DNA of 63,324 nt, the filler included, from Lenisia limosa (lineage: Eukaryota > Protista > Breviatea), in the NCBI GenBank assembly GCA_001655205.1. It is 8 parts of 8 records of this genome, joined end to end, with 100 filler letters (N's around TTAATTAATTAA, not from the genome) between each part and the next. Parts side by side here need not be neighbours in the genome. Positions count along the whole stretch, not along the records: positions 49,588 to 61,782 come from LPNZ01008650.1; 7 more parts are not named here. The stretch is one strand, 5' to 3'. Each line of letters starts with the position of its first letter. Position 1 is the stretch's first letter. Under the pieces are notes generated by a model. It saw only the letters and a program-made list of their open reading frames with translations, made no database searches and was not told where the DNA came from. The translations under genes and the position numbers were made by a program. Positions 49,889-61,680 of the stretch are shown piece after piece.

Positions 49889-52800
49889 ATGCTCTTTGCT
49901 ACACCAGTTGGCCGATATCTGTTTCAACTCATGTTTCAAGGAAAGGACTTTTGTAAGCACGGTGGTGAATCTAATTCAGATTGTACTTTGTGCACCAATT
50001 GCTCAATGGGATGGAATGGTGGGAGGGGTGCTGTGTATTTGCGTTTCTATTTGTTGGTAAAGTCAAATTGTTGAACACATACTAATTACTTGGCAGGAAC
50101 ACACTGTGACAAGTGGATTGGTGGTGAAACCGATGCTCTTCTCAAAGGCCTCCAGGTTATCATTGACAACTCTATCGCACACCAAAAAAACATTTCTCAT
50201 GTAAATGTAGGTGAATATAAATGAACTGAAGCTAAAAAATCAATACATTTCATCAAATGAATTTTCTATTTGTGACTGCTTTCTGCTTATTATTTGAAAG
50301 TACACATTTATAAGAGCTTTTGCTTTACCCCACAGCCGCTACCTGGGCAAATCGGAGTTGGTTGCGATCTCACCACAGGTAAACGCTGAGATATTGCCAA
50401 CATAACATTGAGAAATATTAAATGTGTGATTTGTTATCTTACAGGACACCTTCTTCTCCCGGTTGTTGAGCTGACTTATAACAATGCCAATCGTACCTGG
50501 ACTAATTTGTTCGGTGACACTTGGCGTATCCCAGACCAGTCAACGTTCGAACCCCTTCCCACTGGTATGGATCTTTGAAGATTGTTCTTGATTGCCTCTG
50601 TTCCAATAATAACTTCTTTATTTGCAGGCTTCGACATTCCAGAACAGACAGAAAAGATCTTTGAAACCATTTCAGACTATGGTAAGGAATCTGATACTGT
50701 TGACAATCCTGTTCCATTTTGATGAAATACCGCAATTTATCCATTTACGCTAGTACACGAAACATTCAGTACAAGTGAAGACAAGGAGAGTCATGGTGGT
50801 ATCTACACATCGATGGCAGATATTCAGTCTATCAATAAAGTTGGTTCTGGAATATAACGGCAAACTACTCTTTCCTCTGCTGTCTTCGTGATAATTTTAT
50901 GTCGAATAGGAGTTCTTTACAGCCGATCAAGGAATGTCTGTAATTCATGAGGGCTACCCAGTCTNNNNNNNNNNAGCTACGAAGGTGGGATGATGCTGAC
51001 AATATAGCTACATACTATATCATATGTATGTACATGTGATATATACCACATATTATTGTTCTGTGAAAATTGGTTACCAAATTTAGGACCGCAAATACAA
51101 TCTGGACCGTTTTGCTAGCCAGGCTATCGACTTCCTTCCTCCAAGTTACACCACTGATCAAGACAAAGCTCTTTACCAGCGTTTCATTAAATACTTCGGG
51201 TTTGCTACATTGTGTGATATCTATTATTCTTTTCGCAGTAAATAGAGAACTTGCTCTACTGACTAGTTAGAACATCCTTCACTTGGAAGGCCTCAAATGG
51301 TGGAATTGTGGAAATGATTTCCGTTTTTGAACTGGACTTACTTTACGATGCAATTATTCACAAATCTGGAAAGGTAGGAGGGCATCCAGAGTGTGTTATA
51401 ATGACCGTTGTCACCATCAGGTGTTCACCAAAGATCAAATTCTGCAACAAATGGTTTTAGACTTCAATAAGCAGCGAGGAAAAGGTTGGCAAGAGGGGGT
51501 TTATAATATATTCTTCATTCAGGCTGTGACAACATATCATTTTCATTGTTTAGGACCAACAAGTGGTTTAGATGACGATTACGTTAAACACCGTACTGCA
51601 GCTTCATTCAACTGTATTGGAGGGGATGCCACAGTTAAATGTAGCGCCGGCACCATCAATGACTGGATGAAGACGATTGTCAAGCTTCCAACAGTCCTGG
51701 ACTTCTTTGTTGCCGATGTGTCTCAATTGATTTCCGACCCTGTAAGGAATTTAGCATATTATATAATGTACATCCTTGTTCCAAGTGCTCCGTGTTCATC
51801 CATTTCAGGTGAAGCGTTCCAATATTCAACAAGCTATTCAAAGCTATGTTCACGAAAAGGTGGGAAAGCTGACCTGTATCCGATTTTACTTGCCCCCAGG
51901 CTATAAAGTGGGACAATATCAATCACTGTCCGTCGTGTGTCTGGGGTAGCTGCTCCCCTCCTGCAAAGTTTGTGCTTATACAAACCGTTGATATTCCATT
52001 ATTTTTGATGACTTACTCAATTTCATATTAGCACTTGCAAGTGCAGCTCTGCAACAGTTCTCGGTCGGCATTGTAACAGATGTTCCGCTGGATGGTCTGG
52101 AAGCAAATGTCAAACCCCTGTATGCTGGCCCAGCACCTACAAAAAAATGTTGTGCTTATGGACAATAATAATGAGACTTCACAATGCGTTATTACCTGTT
52201 TAGGTTTGCAATCCAGCATGTGTCTCCGGTAGCTGTGTTGCCCCTAACAAATGCAAATGCCCAGAACGCCACACAGGAGCCCAGTGAGTGATATAAATGC
52301 CCTTGACAGCCTTATCCCTGCCTAATTCGTCTTGACTATTCAGCTGTGAAAGCTGCATCAATGGGTGGAAAACATTCCCAGCATGTGACACCCCTATTTG
52401 CAACAATTGTGACCCTGATGTAGGTTGACAATTTGAATAATCGATTTGTGTATTTTTCGCCTATTAAAGTTACACAATATAATTTGTTGCTTGTGTTTAC
52501 TGACTTAGCATGGGAAGTGTGTTGCTCCTGAAAAGTGCGAATGTTCGAAAAAATTCAGTGGAAAAGACTGTCGAGTGCCACCCGTAAAATGCCCTCATGT
52601 GAGATCTTGGAACTTGTTCAACGTTCTTGATTGAATAAGACATGGATTACTTAATAAACGGGTACTTTCTGCAGACTTATATCCCTAGTGTTATGGACGT
52701 GGAAAAGCTTGTCCCTTCCCAAAGACCGGCTGTGGGGAGTCCGAAAAAGTGAAATGCCCAACTTGTAAGCATGCTGTTACTTCATAAATGCATCTTAATT

Positions 52801-53070
52801 GAAAAATTCTCATTTTTCAGGCTAATTCCTTATTATTTAGGCTCAGGTGATGGCATGGTTCCAGGAAACCTTCAAAGGTGCTTCAAATGGTAAACGTGAA
52901 TGCCCTAATATCTACTTGTGTGTGTTTTTGAGTTAACGGAAGCAGTCACGGTCATGGATCGCAGTGCAAGGATGAGCAGGCGGATACGTGTTCTTCATAC
53001 AATCGAATCAAATGCGCAGGGTGTAACAAAACAGGAACCATTCCTCTGAACAGTGCACCGTATGCTAAGC
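49889..53070 (+). CDS. MACPF (perforin-like) protein with N-terminal EGF-like module and C-terminal EGF/laminin-EGF repeats
   Basis: GVGCDLTTG|HLLLPVVELTY; AIDFLPPSYTTDQDKALYQRFIKYFG|TSFTWKASNGG (MACPF signature G-T-x-F-x6-GG, ~51190-51305); GGDAT...WMKTIVKLPTVLDFFVADVSQLISDP; then CKCSSATVLGRHCNRCSAGWSGSKC, CNPACVSGSCVAPNKCKC and HGKCVAPEKCEC. Start and end are approximate. Confidence 0.82.
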
Positions 53071-56000
53071 CATCTTTTGAAAAAAACGTTGCCTCACAAT
53101 TCAGATGCACAAAATGCAAAGGACATGGTTACATTGACACAAGACGGAATACTTCAGATGTAGGCACAAAGGGGCAAGTACAGTATTGATACGATTCTCA
53201 TAATTTAGACTCTTTTGGACCATGAGGACAATTCCTACTATAAGACCTGCCCAGTTTGCAGCGGAAAAGGATTCCTTCCTCTCCCAAGTCATAGTTATTA
53301 GATTGTAGCTCAGGTTAAGTCACGAGCTGCCTTGATGATGATATACTATCTTCTATTATTGTAAAAGTGGCTTCGATGGTATTTTGAATTATTTCTCAAG
53401 GTAAATAGTTTCCTCCAACTGTAATCAATATTGTAAACAAAATGAATTAACATGATTATGTCAAAAGAAGGCAGCAACAATCAGGATTTCTGGTGGTTTT
53501 GCAGTTTTTTCAACATTCTCGCCTTTCTATCTGCCATTCTACAGCTTTCCTACAGTGTTGATTTCAATTCATTGTAACCGTTCTTGAAAATTCAATGTTG
53601 AGTGACTCATTTCCCTTTAATCGTATTCAACCATAACAACTCTCCCACCTCTAAACCGTAATTTCGAGAGTTGATGTTCTTGTCAACAACCTAAAACATA
53701 TGAGACAAAATTACAATTGTTCGATAACCGTTTGAGGCAAAAAGAGACACAATTTGTATCCAACTTCATATCATCTAGCATTTATGATATCTTATGCTAA
53801 TAGATTATGCAGTTCACTTTCTACCAACAAACCTTAACTGTGCCTTCAATATTCCCTGTAGTACCAAGGTCTATGTATTGGAAGAGATGACTGTAGTCCA
53901 ACTTTGAAGGGATCAAACCTACTTTATGAGATTTGGGTTGGACTTCTCTCCTTTCGTAAAAAAAATAAATCTCCGAATTACTACACCTCTCAACTCAAAA
54001 TATCAATATTGTTGGTCTGTTTATAATGTTGATGAATAGTTATCAAGCAATCGTAAATTCCTATTTGTTGGATACATTTAATTTATTAAGAGTGACATAT
54101 AACCTCAATGTTCTTCCCTCACACCATTTCTATCACAAAGGTATTGATCCCTTCAGAGTGGGTAGTCGAGAGACAGAGAATGTATCCAATAACTGAGCCG
54201 CTGGTTTCCGCAACAAGTTCAATTGCTGTGAAGGGTCAGACTGCGTCTAAGACTGTACTTTCATCATTAAGACTGTGTGGAACTGGTTACCCCAATATAA
54301 CAGAAAGACGGTTACAAGTTCTGTTCATTCCACTTACCTGAAGGGTGCTTGAGGAACATTTCTCTGAGAAGATGGCGCTTCGAATCGAAGTAGGCTGCCT
54401 AGGGGTAACAGTAACCAGTGCAGGCTAACAAAGGAAAGATTGTATATTACTTCCATCACATTTTGTCCTAAAAGAGCCCCACCGATATGATATCATTGAT
54501 ACTGTCACGCTCGTTTGATCGCCGTATTGAAATGTCTGCTTGGTTGAGAGGCATTCTGATAAGTCCAAGAAGGGGAGCTAGAAGCTTGGATGCATTTATA
54601 CCATAGATGTATTTTCAGATATGCCCTTTTGGAGTTCCCTGGTCCAACCGTGGGTACAGTCCAAGTCTTTGGACCGCTTCAGAGAAAATCTTCAGTTGTG
54701 CAACATTATTTTGCGTTTCGGCCGCCCGGGATCAGATATGTACTAGGGGTTTGCGCAGTGACCGCAGTGGTCAGGTCAAAAGCTCGGAGGAGGGGAGGAG
54801 GAGTCGTCAACTCAGAGAGGAGAGAACAGTCGGCGGAGTGTGTGAGACGTGAATTTGTGTGACGAATGTCAGGGTTCGGTTCGGGTGTGGGACGGCGGCC
54901 AGTCTTGAGTCTGTTTTCGACCAAATAATGGGAACCCTCTAACCCTCTAACCCTCTGAGCCCTGTCTGAGCCGTCTAGGTCTTACTACTTGTCGTAAGAC
55001 GGTCGCTCGCGCCAAGGTGGCCTCTGGTTGGTTCAGAGGGCATGGGAATAACAGGAATAATCAAGTTATTACAGGTTATTATTATCATTATTTAAATTAA
55101 TTATTCTTAAAAAAAAACAATGTAAACACAATAAAGCAATAATTTATAATTTATAATCAACTGTATTTAAAAATAATCAATGATATATGTATTATATCAT
55201 ATGATGCATGTTTTTTTGGTTTGATGAGCCGTCCGAAATACTTAATAAGTGGGCAGTGGTGGGGTGAGAGCAGCAAGGTCAAGGGGTCGAGTGCTCGTCA
55301 AGTGGGTCAAGGCCTGGGTCAAGGCAAGGCCAACAAGCCCCCAGCTACCAACCACTGGAGTTCCGCCCATTCTTCTTTCTATATTTCCATATTCCCAAAT
55401 TCTGCCTGTACCAAGCCTATAATACACCAATACTATTCCTATAATTTATAGCTTGCCTTGGTATAGCCTCTAGATGGGGAGTAGGGGGGGNNNNNNNNNN
55501 NNNNNNNNNNNNNNNNNNNNNNNNNNNNNNNNNNNNNNNNNNNNNNNNNNNNNNNNNNNNNNNNNNNNNNNNNNNNNNNNNNNNNNNNNNNNNNNNNNNN
55601 NNNNNNNNNNNNNNNNNNNNNNNNNNNNNNNNNNNNNNTTTCCGTCAAATAATGTCTAGTTGAAAAAGGGCTTCAAGAAGAGGCTCGGTTCCTCCAATCA
55701 TACAAATTATTATTTTTGCTCCAAATGCTTATCTTGACCCATATCTACATGATCCCCTTCCCCACAAACTAAAGATGGCAATGCTCTCCTCAAACCTCTA
55801 CAAAAGCTATATCACACATATTTCAAAAACCAAAACGCTATTACAAAATCACACATCTCACAAATCTCACCAAAGATAATAAATAAGCCAACCGAAAAAG
55901 AGCAGAGTACCGAAAGCCACTAAAAATATGATTGAAGAGAGATCGCAAAAAAAAAAATAACGATGAAACATACAAATCAAAACAAATACCNNNNNNNNNN

Positions 56001-56285
56001 NNNNNNNNNNNNNNNNNNNNNNNNNNNNNNNNNNNNNNNNNNNNNNNNNNNNNNNNNNNNNNNNNNNNNNNNNNNNNNNNNNNNNNNNNNNNNNNNNNNN
56101 NNNNNNNNNNNNNNNNNNATCGATACCATTCTTTTTCAAACTGTATAAAAAAAATCTCATAAATTTTCAAGATATTATTTCAAAATAAAATTCACCAAAT
56201 GGTTTGCCTATCTGCAACTATCTGCAAACAACTTTCTGCACTGTTTCCAAACAATATATATATATATGTGTGTGTGTGTGGGTCC

Positions 56286-56732
56286 TCAAAGCTCCGGACA
56301 TCATCCAAAATTCACCGGACACATCAAAACTCCCGGATAGCTTGAAGTTGACACCTTGTATAGGCCAATGTTAGTGTTGTTTGAAAAACTGCTTCGACAG
56401 GATACATAGAGAAATTGACCCCCTAATGTTTCCTAACTTTTTTTTTTTTTTTCGAACAAATGTCAAAAATCTGGGTAAACTTTCCCGGATAGTTGCCATT
56501 TATTACGGTTTTTTGTGTTTTTGACAGTGTTTGGGCCATAGCCAGAGAGCCTAGGCTCTTAATTTGGTTTTGACCCAACAATATATAAAATAGGCGTTTC
56601 ATCCTTTGATTAAGATTGAAATTACTTTCGAAAACAAATGGAAAATAGGATTGATGATTTTATATGGAAAACTCAAGCTGTCCGGGAGTTTTGATGTGTC
56701 CGGTGAATTTTGAATGATGTCCGGAGCTTTGA
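56286..56732. mobile_element. 447-bp non-autonomous element with 60-bp terminal inverted repeats
   Basis: TCAAAGCTCCGGACATCATCCAAAATTCACCGGACACATCAAAACTCCCGGATAGCTTGA (56286-56345) matches the reverse complement of 56673-56732 with 2 mismatches. No clear TSD. Confidence 0.8.
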
Positions 56733-57239
56733 CAATACATATATTGTCGATTATCTTTCAAAAAACATATCCCCTAACAAGAATCCTTCTTTTCTGTTCA
56801 TTCAGAGTATCAAGCTGGTTTTCAGCCGTCATTATGAATGCGTCAAGAAGCCTGCTGCTCTCTTGTGCACGCTGACGCTCAACATACGCGTCATCAACAA
56901 TGATTTCGGGCTGGGGGGGGGGGGTCAAGCCTTATTTGTGATGTAAAATTACTGGTATTTTAATTTCATGCCATAGCATATCATATTATTAGATTCACTG
57001 CAAGTGAACTTATATTGCTACAAGCGAAATACCAATGGAACATAAAAAATCAGACTCTAGACCCACTGCTCCATCTCGACGCTTCAAGAGGGATCGACGT
57101 TGTGACTAAATATATTATTCTGGATTATGCAACCCAATTAGCCTGAAAAAAAGACAAAATAATGACAATTCCCAGTGGGATATTTAGTTTTTTGCTAATT
57201 AACATAATCAATACAATATTGTGATACCATCCTCCATAC

Positions 57240-58060
57240 TTCCTGTTCAGCCTGCATTTGGCGCTTTTGAAGGGACTTTGCAAAGGATGCTTTGAGGCCA
57301 CCAAGATCATCATACAGTATCTGTACTCGACTAGGGGGTGGTAAAATCATAAAAATGTATATACATCGAGATTCTTTGAATATTTTTTTGTAATCAATAT
57401 GTTGCTGATCTAAAAATGACGCTTCATATTGTGAAAACGTCAAAATTCATAAGAATAAAAATGGTAATTCAAAAAAGGTAACTGTTGTAATTACAGACAC
57501 CACCCCATTTTTAGATCAGCCCCATTTGTTGCAGAAGAAACAATGTAAATAACCATACTTAATGAATATGATATATGATTTTACTTCCCGACTTTTGTGA
57601 TGAATCAAGCGTGCTGTCCTTTTGGTACCGAACAATTGCCGCTTCAAAACCCTCCAAGTGGATCCGGAAGTCTTCCTCTGACAGCTGGCGTTCTGGATAA
57701 GTCAATTAGGTTGGGAAAGCTCCTGAAATAATAATAACCAAATGCAAAGAAATGTGTAGCCGCATCATAACACCCTAAACGCCACATCATTTCATTCATT
57801 GTAGCCCACGCTCGAATCGCTGGAAGGCTTCTCGTGCGTTAAGCGACGCTGCAGTTGCCTGTGTCCTTGCCTCGCTTCGGTTCATCTGCAGGTGAAAATG
57901 AAATTGAATGGACCTTTCTTACACATTAACACAACATATCAAATTCAGTATAATCTTTATGAATAAGCTCACCTTGCAAAAATATCTGTACTTGATACAA
58001 GCTCCTTTGCTTTTAGAGTTGTTCACAGATTTTTTGCAGCCGTAGAAGCTCTTTGCAGAA
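57240..58060 (-). CDS. Small uncharacterised multi-exon gene (coiled-coil-like)
   Basis: Exon-like blocks MNRSEARTQATAASLNAREAFQRFERG, YPERQLSEEDFRIHLEGFEAAIVRYQKD, DLGGLKASFAKSLQKRQMQAEQE. The model is incomplete. Confidence 0.3.
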
Positions 58061-58164
58061 AAGAGCGAAAACTAACCAACTACTACCGAAATGAGGAACG
58101 GTGGCCGCCCGTCGTATATATAGTAATAAAGGAGTAGTAGTCAGGTAGTGTAGTAATAATAATG

Positions 58165-58226
58165 TAATACTGTAATAAGTTGGCAATAAGTGGAGTAATA
58201 CTGTAATAAGTTGGCAATAAGTGGAG
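58165..58226. repeat. 31-bp tandem duplication upstream of the RasGEF
   Basis: TAATACTGTAATAAGTTGGCAATAAGTGGAG x2. Confidence 0.9.
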
Positions 58227-58387
58227 ACGGGGGCAACCACAAGAATAAACAAGAAATCGGAAGGTTCAGTTCATTTTGTATTTTTGAACACATTAAATTT
58301 CATTTTTTTCTTCTCCAACAACGAAAGACTAAGTTTTTTGAATGTGTATATACAAATAAACGAGTTTCCTTTAACCAAACCAAAACT

Positions 58388-61300
58388 ATGGAGAATAAAC
58401 CTATCCAGGTTAGCGTTCCTGCGCTTAACCATGTGTCGACTATGTATATTACAGACGGCACAACTGGAGATCAGTTGCTGATGCATCTTCAAGGGCAACA
58501 CCGCGCCATTCCGTATGTCAATATTGCATATCTTATATATCTAGTAATCATGAAGGTTATGGGTTGTTTAATGTGGAAAAGGGGGAATGGATTGATGAAG
58601 ACGCCTGTGTTCTTGGTCAAGGAATTGACAAGGAGGTAAGACGTAGGTTTCCTTTACACCACCCAGCATGCCGTTGAATTTCGACCGAAACCTATTTCTC
58701 TCCACCTTCTCTACAACGGCGAAAGCAGGTTTGCTCCTCGTAGACGTTGTTAACAAGCAGGACTCTTGAGTTTGAGCCTTGTCTCAAGGTGCATGAAGTG
58801 ATTGCGCAGCTTGGCGAGACCTTCGGCCTGATGGACGACGAAGTTCAGCATTTCGGTATCAAGGGGAACTCTACATGGTTCCAGCCGCAAGGAGTTCTCA
58901 TGGAGTTTGCCAGTGGAGCGGTACGCTATTGACCTGTATTGAGTAACTTTTTAGACATATTGTGAGTTTAGAGAATTGGAATTGAACTTGTTTTGCGTTG
59001 TTCCTGGGTTCACAGAGAAAAGGTCTCTGTCAATCAGAAAACGAGCTACAGTACAGGAACTGCTTGACACCCTCGTTTCGATGGGAGAAGTATGGCTTCC
59101 TGTTGTCCTTCTTCTTACTTTTAGGGAAATATCAAATCTCCTGATAATTATACAATTTTGACTACTCAGGATGTTGTCGGCAAGAAGGTTAGCAATGTTC
59201 TCAACTAATCTCTTATTGCCCAGAAATCGGTTTCAATCTACTTTGAAGACCCTATTAAGACTATTTGTGACTACAATTTGAAGCATGGCGTAAGTTAATT
59301 TTGAAATGTGACCTTTGTTTTAGGATCTTGTGACCCTAACACCCCGCCTTCAAGCTTTCGATATTGCATTATCTCTTGAAGACGAAATTGAAGTTGATGT
59401 TGATGGACCAGTTGCCTCCATTTTAGCCCAAATTTGCTCCCATTTTAATAGCAGTAAGGTAGCATCTGGTCTTATCTTTAGAATTGAATCACCCCCACCA
59501 ATGGTCTCTGAGCCCGTTGAAGGACCCCGAAGCCCCCTTTTCGTTGTCGGCCGCAATCGAAGATCCTGACGAGTCTTATGGAGAAGAACTTCCCGGAAGC
59601 TGTCCTATTGTGGAGGGTATCGAAGGAGCGAGCATTCCAAGGAAGTCAACCCTCTATCTGAGACAAAGACATGTATGCTGCTGGTCTACCTCAACAGCTT
59701 TTATCAGCAACGTTTATCCAGATAAACACAGCTTCATTCACTTTCTTAGTATTTTCTCACTCTTTACTTCCTCTTGTCTTTATCCATTTCCAATAGTCTT
59801 CTTTTGATTATTCAGGGCTGTGTCCTTGCATCAAACGTTGACGCTACTGATGACGACTCCGGAGGTTGGTGCTTATTATAACATTGCAATGAAAGTTTGA
59901 ATATTACTGATGATGATATTGAGTGTAGATGACATTTTGATGATACATTTTAGATGGTGTTGCCCAAGACATTCCTTTCTGGGACGAACCTGAAGACAGG
60001 TGAGAATGTTTTACCACGACATAATGATTAAGTACCTCGAATGTGTTGTTCGGATCCAAGGACGGCAAGCAATTTATTGAAGCAGGGTCCCTCAACTATT
60101 TAGTTCGAACTGTAACTTCAACTGACAATCATGGTAAGCGATTTCTTGACACGTAGCTCAAACATTTTGTTAAAGTAGATCATAAGATTAGAAATAATAC
60201 TATAATAACTCTGTAGATATGACGTTCCAAAAAACCTTCCTCTTGACTTACCAATCGTTCACCTCACCCAACGTTCTCCTGACTAAGCTAATTGAGCGCT
60301 CGTGTGTCCCACGCGCCTTAGACATGGGTGATGCTGTAAGTTGTACTACTTGTTTTTATTTACACTTTCTAACACCCAGGATTACTCGAAAGCAAAATCA
60401 ATTGTTAACCTTCGAGTTGGAAATGTGCTTAAAATGTGGATTTCTGACTATTGGGCTGATTTTGATGAGCCCCTTCAAGTTTGTCTCAGCAAAGTTTAAC
60501 GCTAATCTATTAGGAGAGGCTTGTTCAGTTTATCCAAGGAGACTTTTCCCAAAGCATGTCATCATTGTCCACACAGCTTCTTAAAACCATTGACAAGAAG
60601 AAGGCCGTTGCGACAACTGGCAGACAGAGGCATTTCAACGAGGATCCTCCTGAATCAATTGTTTGACAACCTCCACATAACCTTTAAGATCCCTAAAATT
60701 GCTGTTCAAACTGTTTATGACATTGATCCTATTGAAGTTGCAAGACAAATTACTTTTGCTGACTTTGAACGTTATTCATGTATCAGAGTAAGTCGGCGTG
60801 TTTTGTTTACGTTCCAGGCACCTGAATTGTTGAACCAAGCCTGGTCAAAACCAAAAACCCAGCACCGCTCTCCAAACGTTCTTGGTTTCATTGATACTTT
60901 TAATATTCTCTCCAATTGGTTTGCTTCCTATTCTAACTTCAGGATTACACATGACATGGTTCGAGTTGAGGGGCTGAAGGCCAGAGTAAAGCGAATGGAG
61001 TGGTTTATCAAATTGGCTATTGTAAGGCTGTATGTGCCTTTATTTATTCTTTAGGAATTCCAATCTCTACAAAACTATTCCGCTTTAACTTCAGTATTAG
61101 CTGGTTTGAACAACTCAGCAACACTCAGATTGAAACATACACGCAAGGAAGTCAATAAAAAACTCATGGATGTTTATTTTGATTATTGATGCTAGACTTT
61201 GACAAGCCAAGAAGTTCTTATGAGTGCGGAAATGTCTTACAAGAATTACAGAAGCAACCTCAAGTCCATTTCCCCGCCCTGTATCCCTTATATCGGTAGC

Positions 61301-61680
61301 TTTGGAGCTTGAGAGACTTGTACTAATGGTTTAGGCGTTTTCCTTTCTGATTTGACGTTTATTGGTGACGGAAACCCAGATCAAATTGGCAAGCTTATTA
61401 ATTTCACAAAAGTACGCAGTCACACAATTTGACTCACTTTTTCAGAGAGTTATGGAAATGAACGTCATTCTTGACCTTCAGCAGTATCAACAAACTGCGT
61501 ATAACTTAAAGGAATTACCTGAGGTTTGTTTATCATCACTTGCTTCATGACCACACCCAGTTGAAATCTGAGATTTGGAAGTATATCACTGAGGCGTCCG
61601 TTATTGATGAAAAGAAAGCCTACAGCATGTCTCTGACAATTGAACCTCGTGGCTCAACCAAAGATAAATTGGTCTTGTAG
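58388..61680 (+). CDS. RasGEF (REM + CDC25 domains) with N-terminal ubiquitin-like/FERM-F0-like segments
   Basis: REM: IEAGSLNYLV, TFQKTFLLTYQSFTSPNVLLTKLIER, LRVGNVLKMW. CDC25: DIDPIEVARQIT, ELLNQAWSK..SPNV..FN..SNW, QNYSALTSVLAGLNNSATLRLKHT, YKNYR...PPCIPYIG|VFLSDLTFIGDGNPD, INFTK, LQQYQQTAY, YSMSLTIEPR..L* (TAG 61678-61680). Confidence 0.93.

Noticed and set aside
53400-54700. Apparent decayed ORF (GNAT-like LVAETSGSVIGYIL) suggesting hypermutation or recoded stops
   Set aside because: About one stop per 20 codons is not distinguishable from chance, frameshifts are needed, and neighbouring genes use standard stops.
54933-54956. (AACCCTCT)x3 telomere-like repeat
   Set aside because: Only three internal copies, not at a scaffold end.
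61340-61385. RasGEF DLTFIGDGNP as a catalytically dead variant
   Set aside because: The Gly falls at the variable position, and the acidic residue before GNP (equivalent to SOS E942) is retained.
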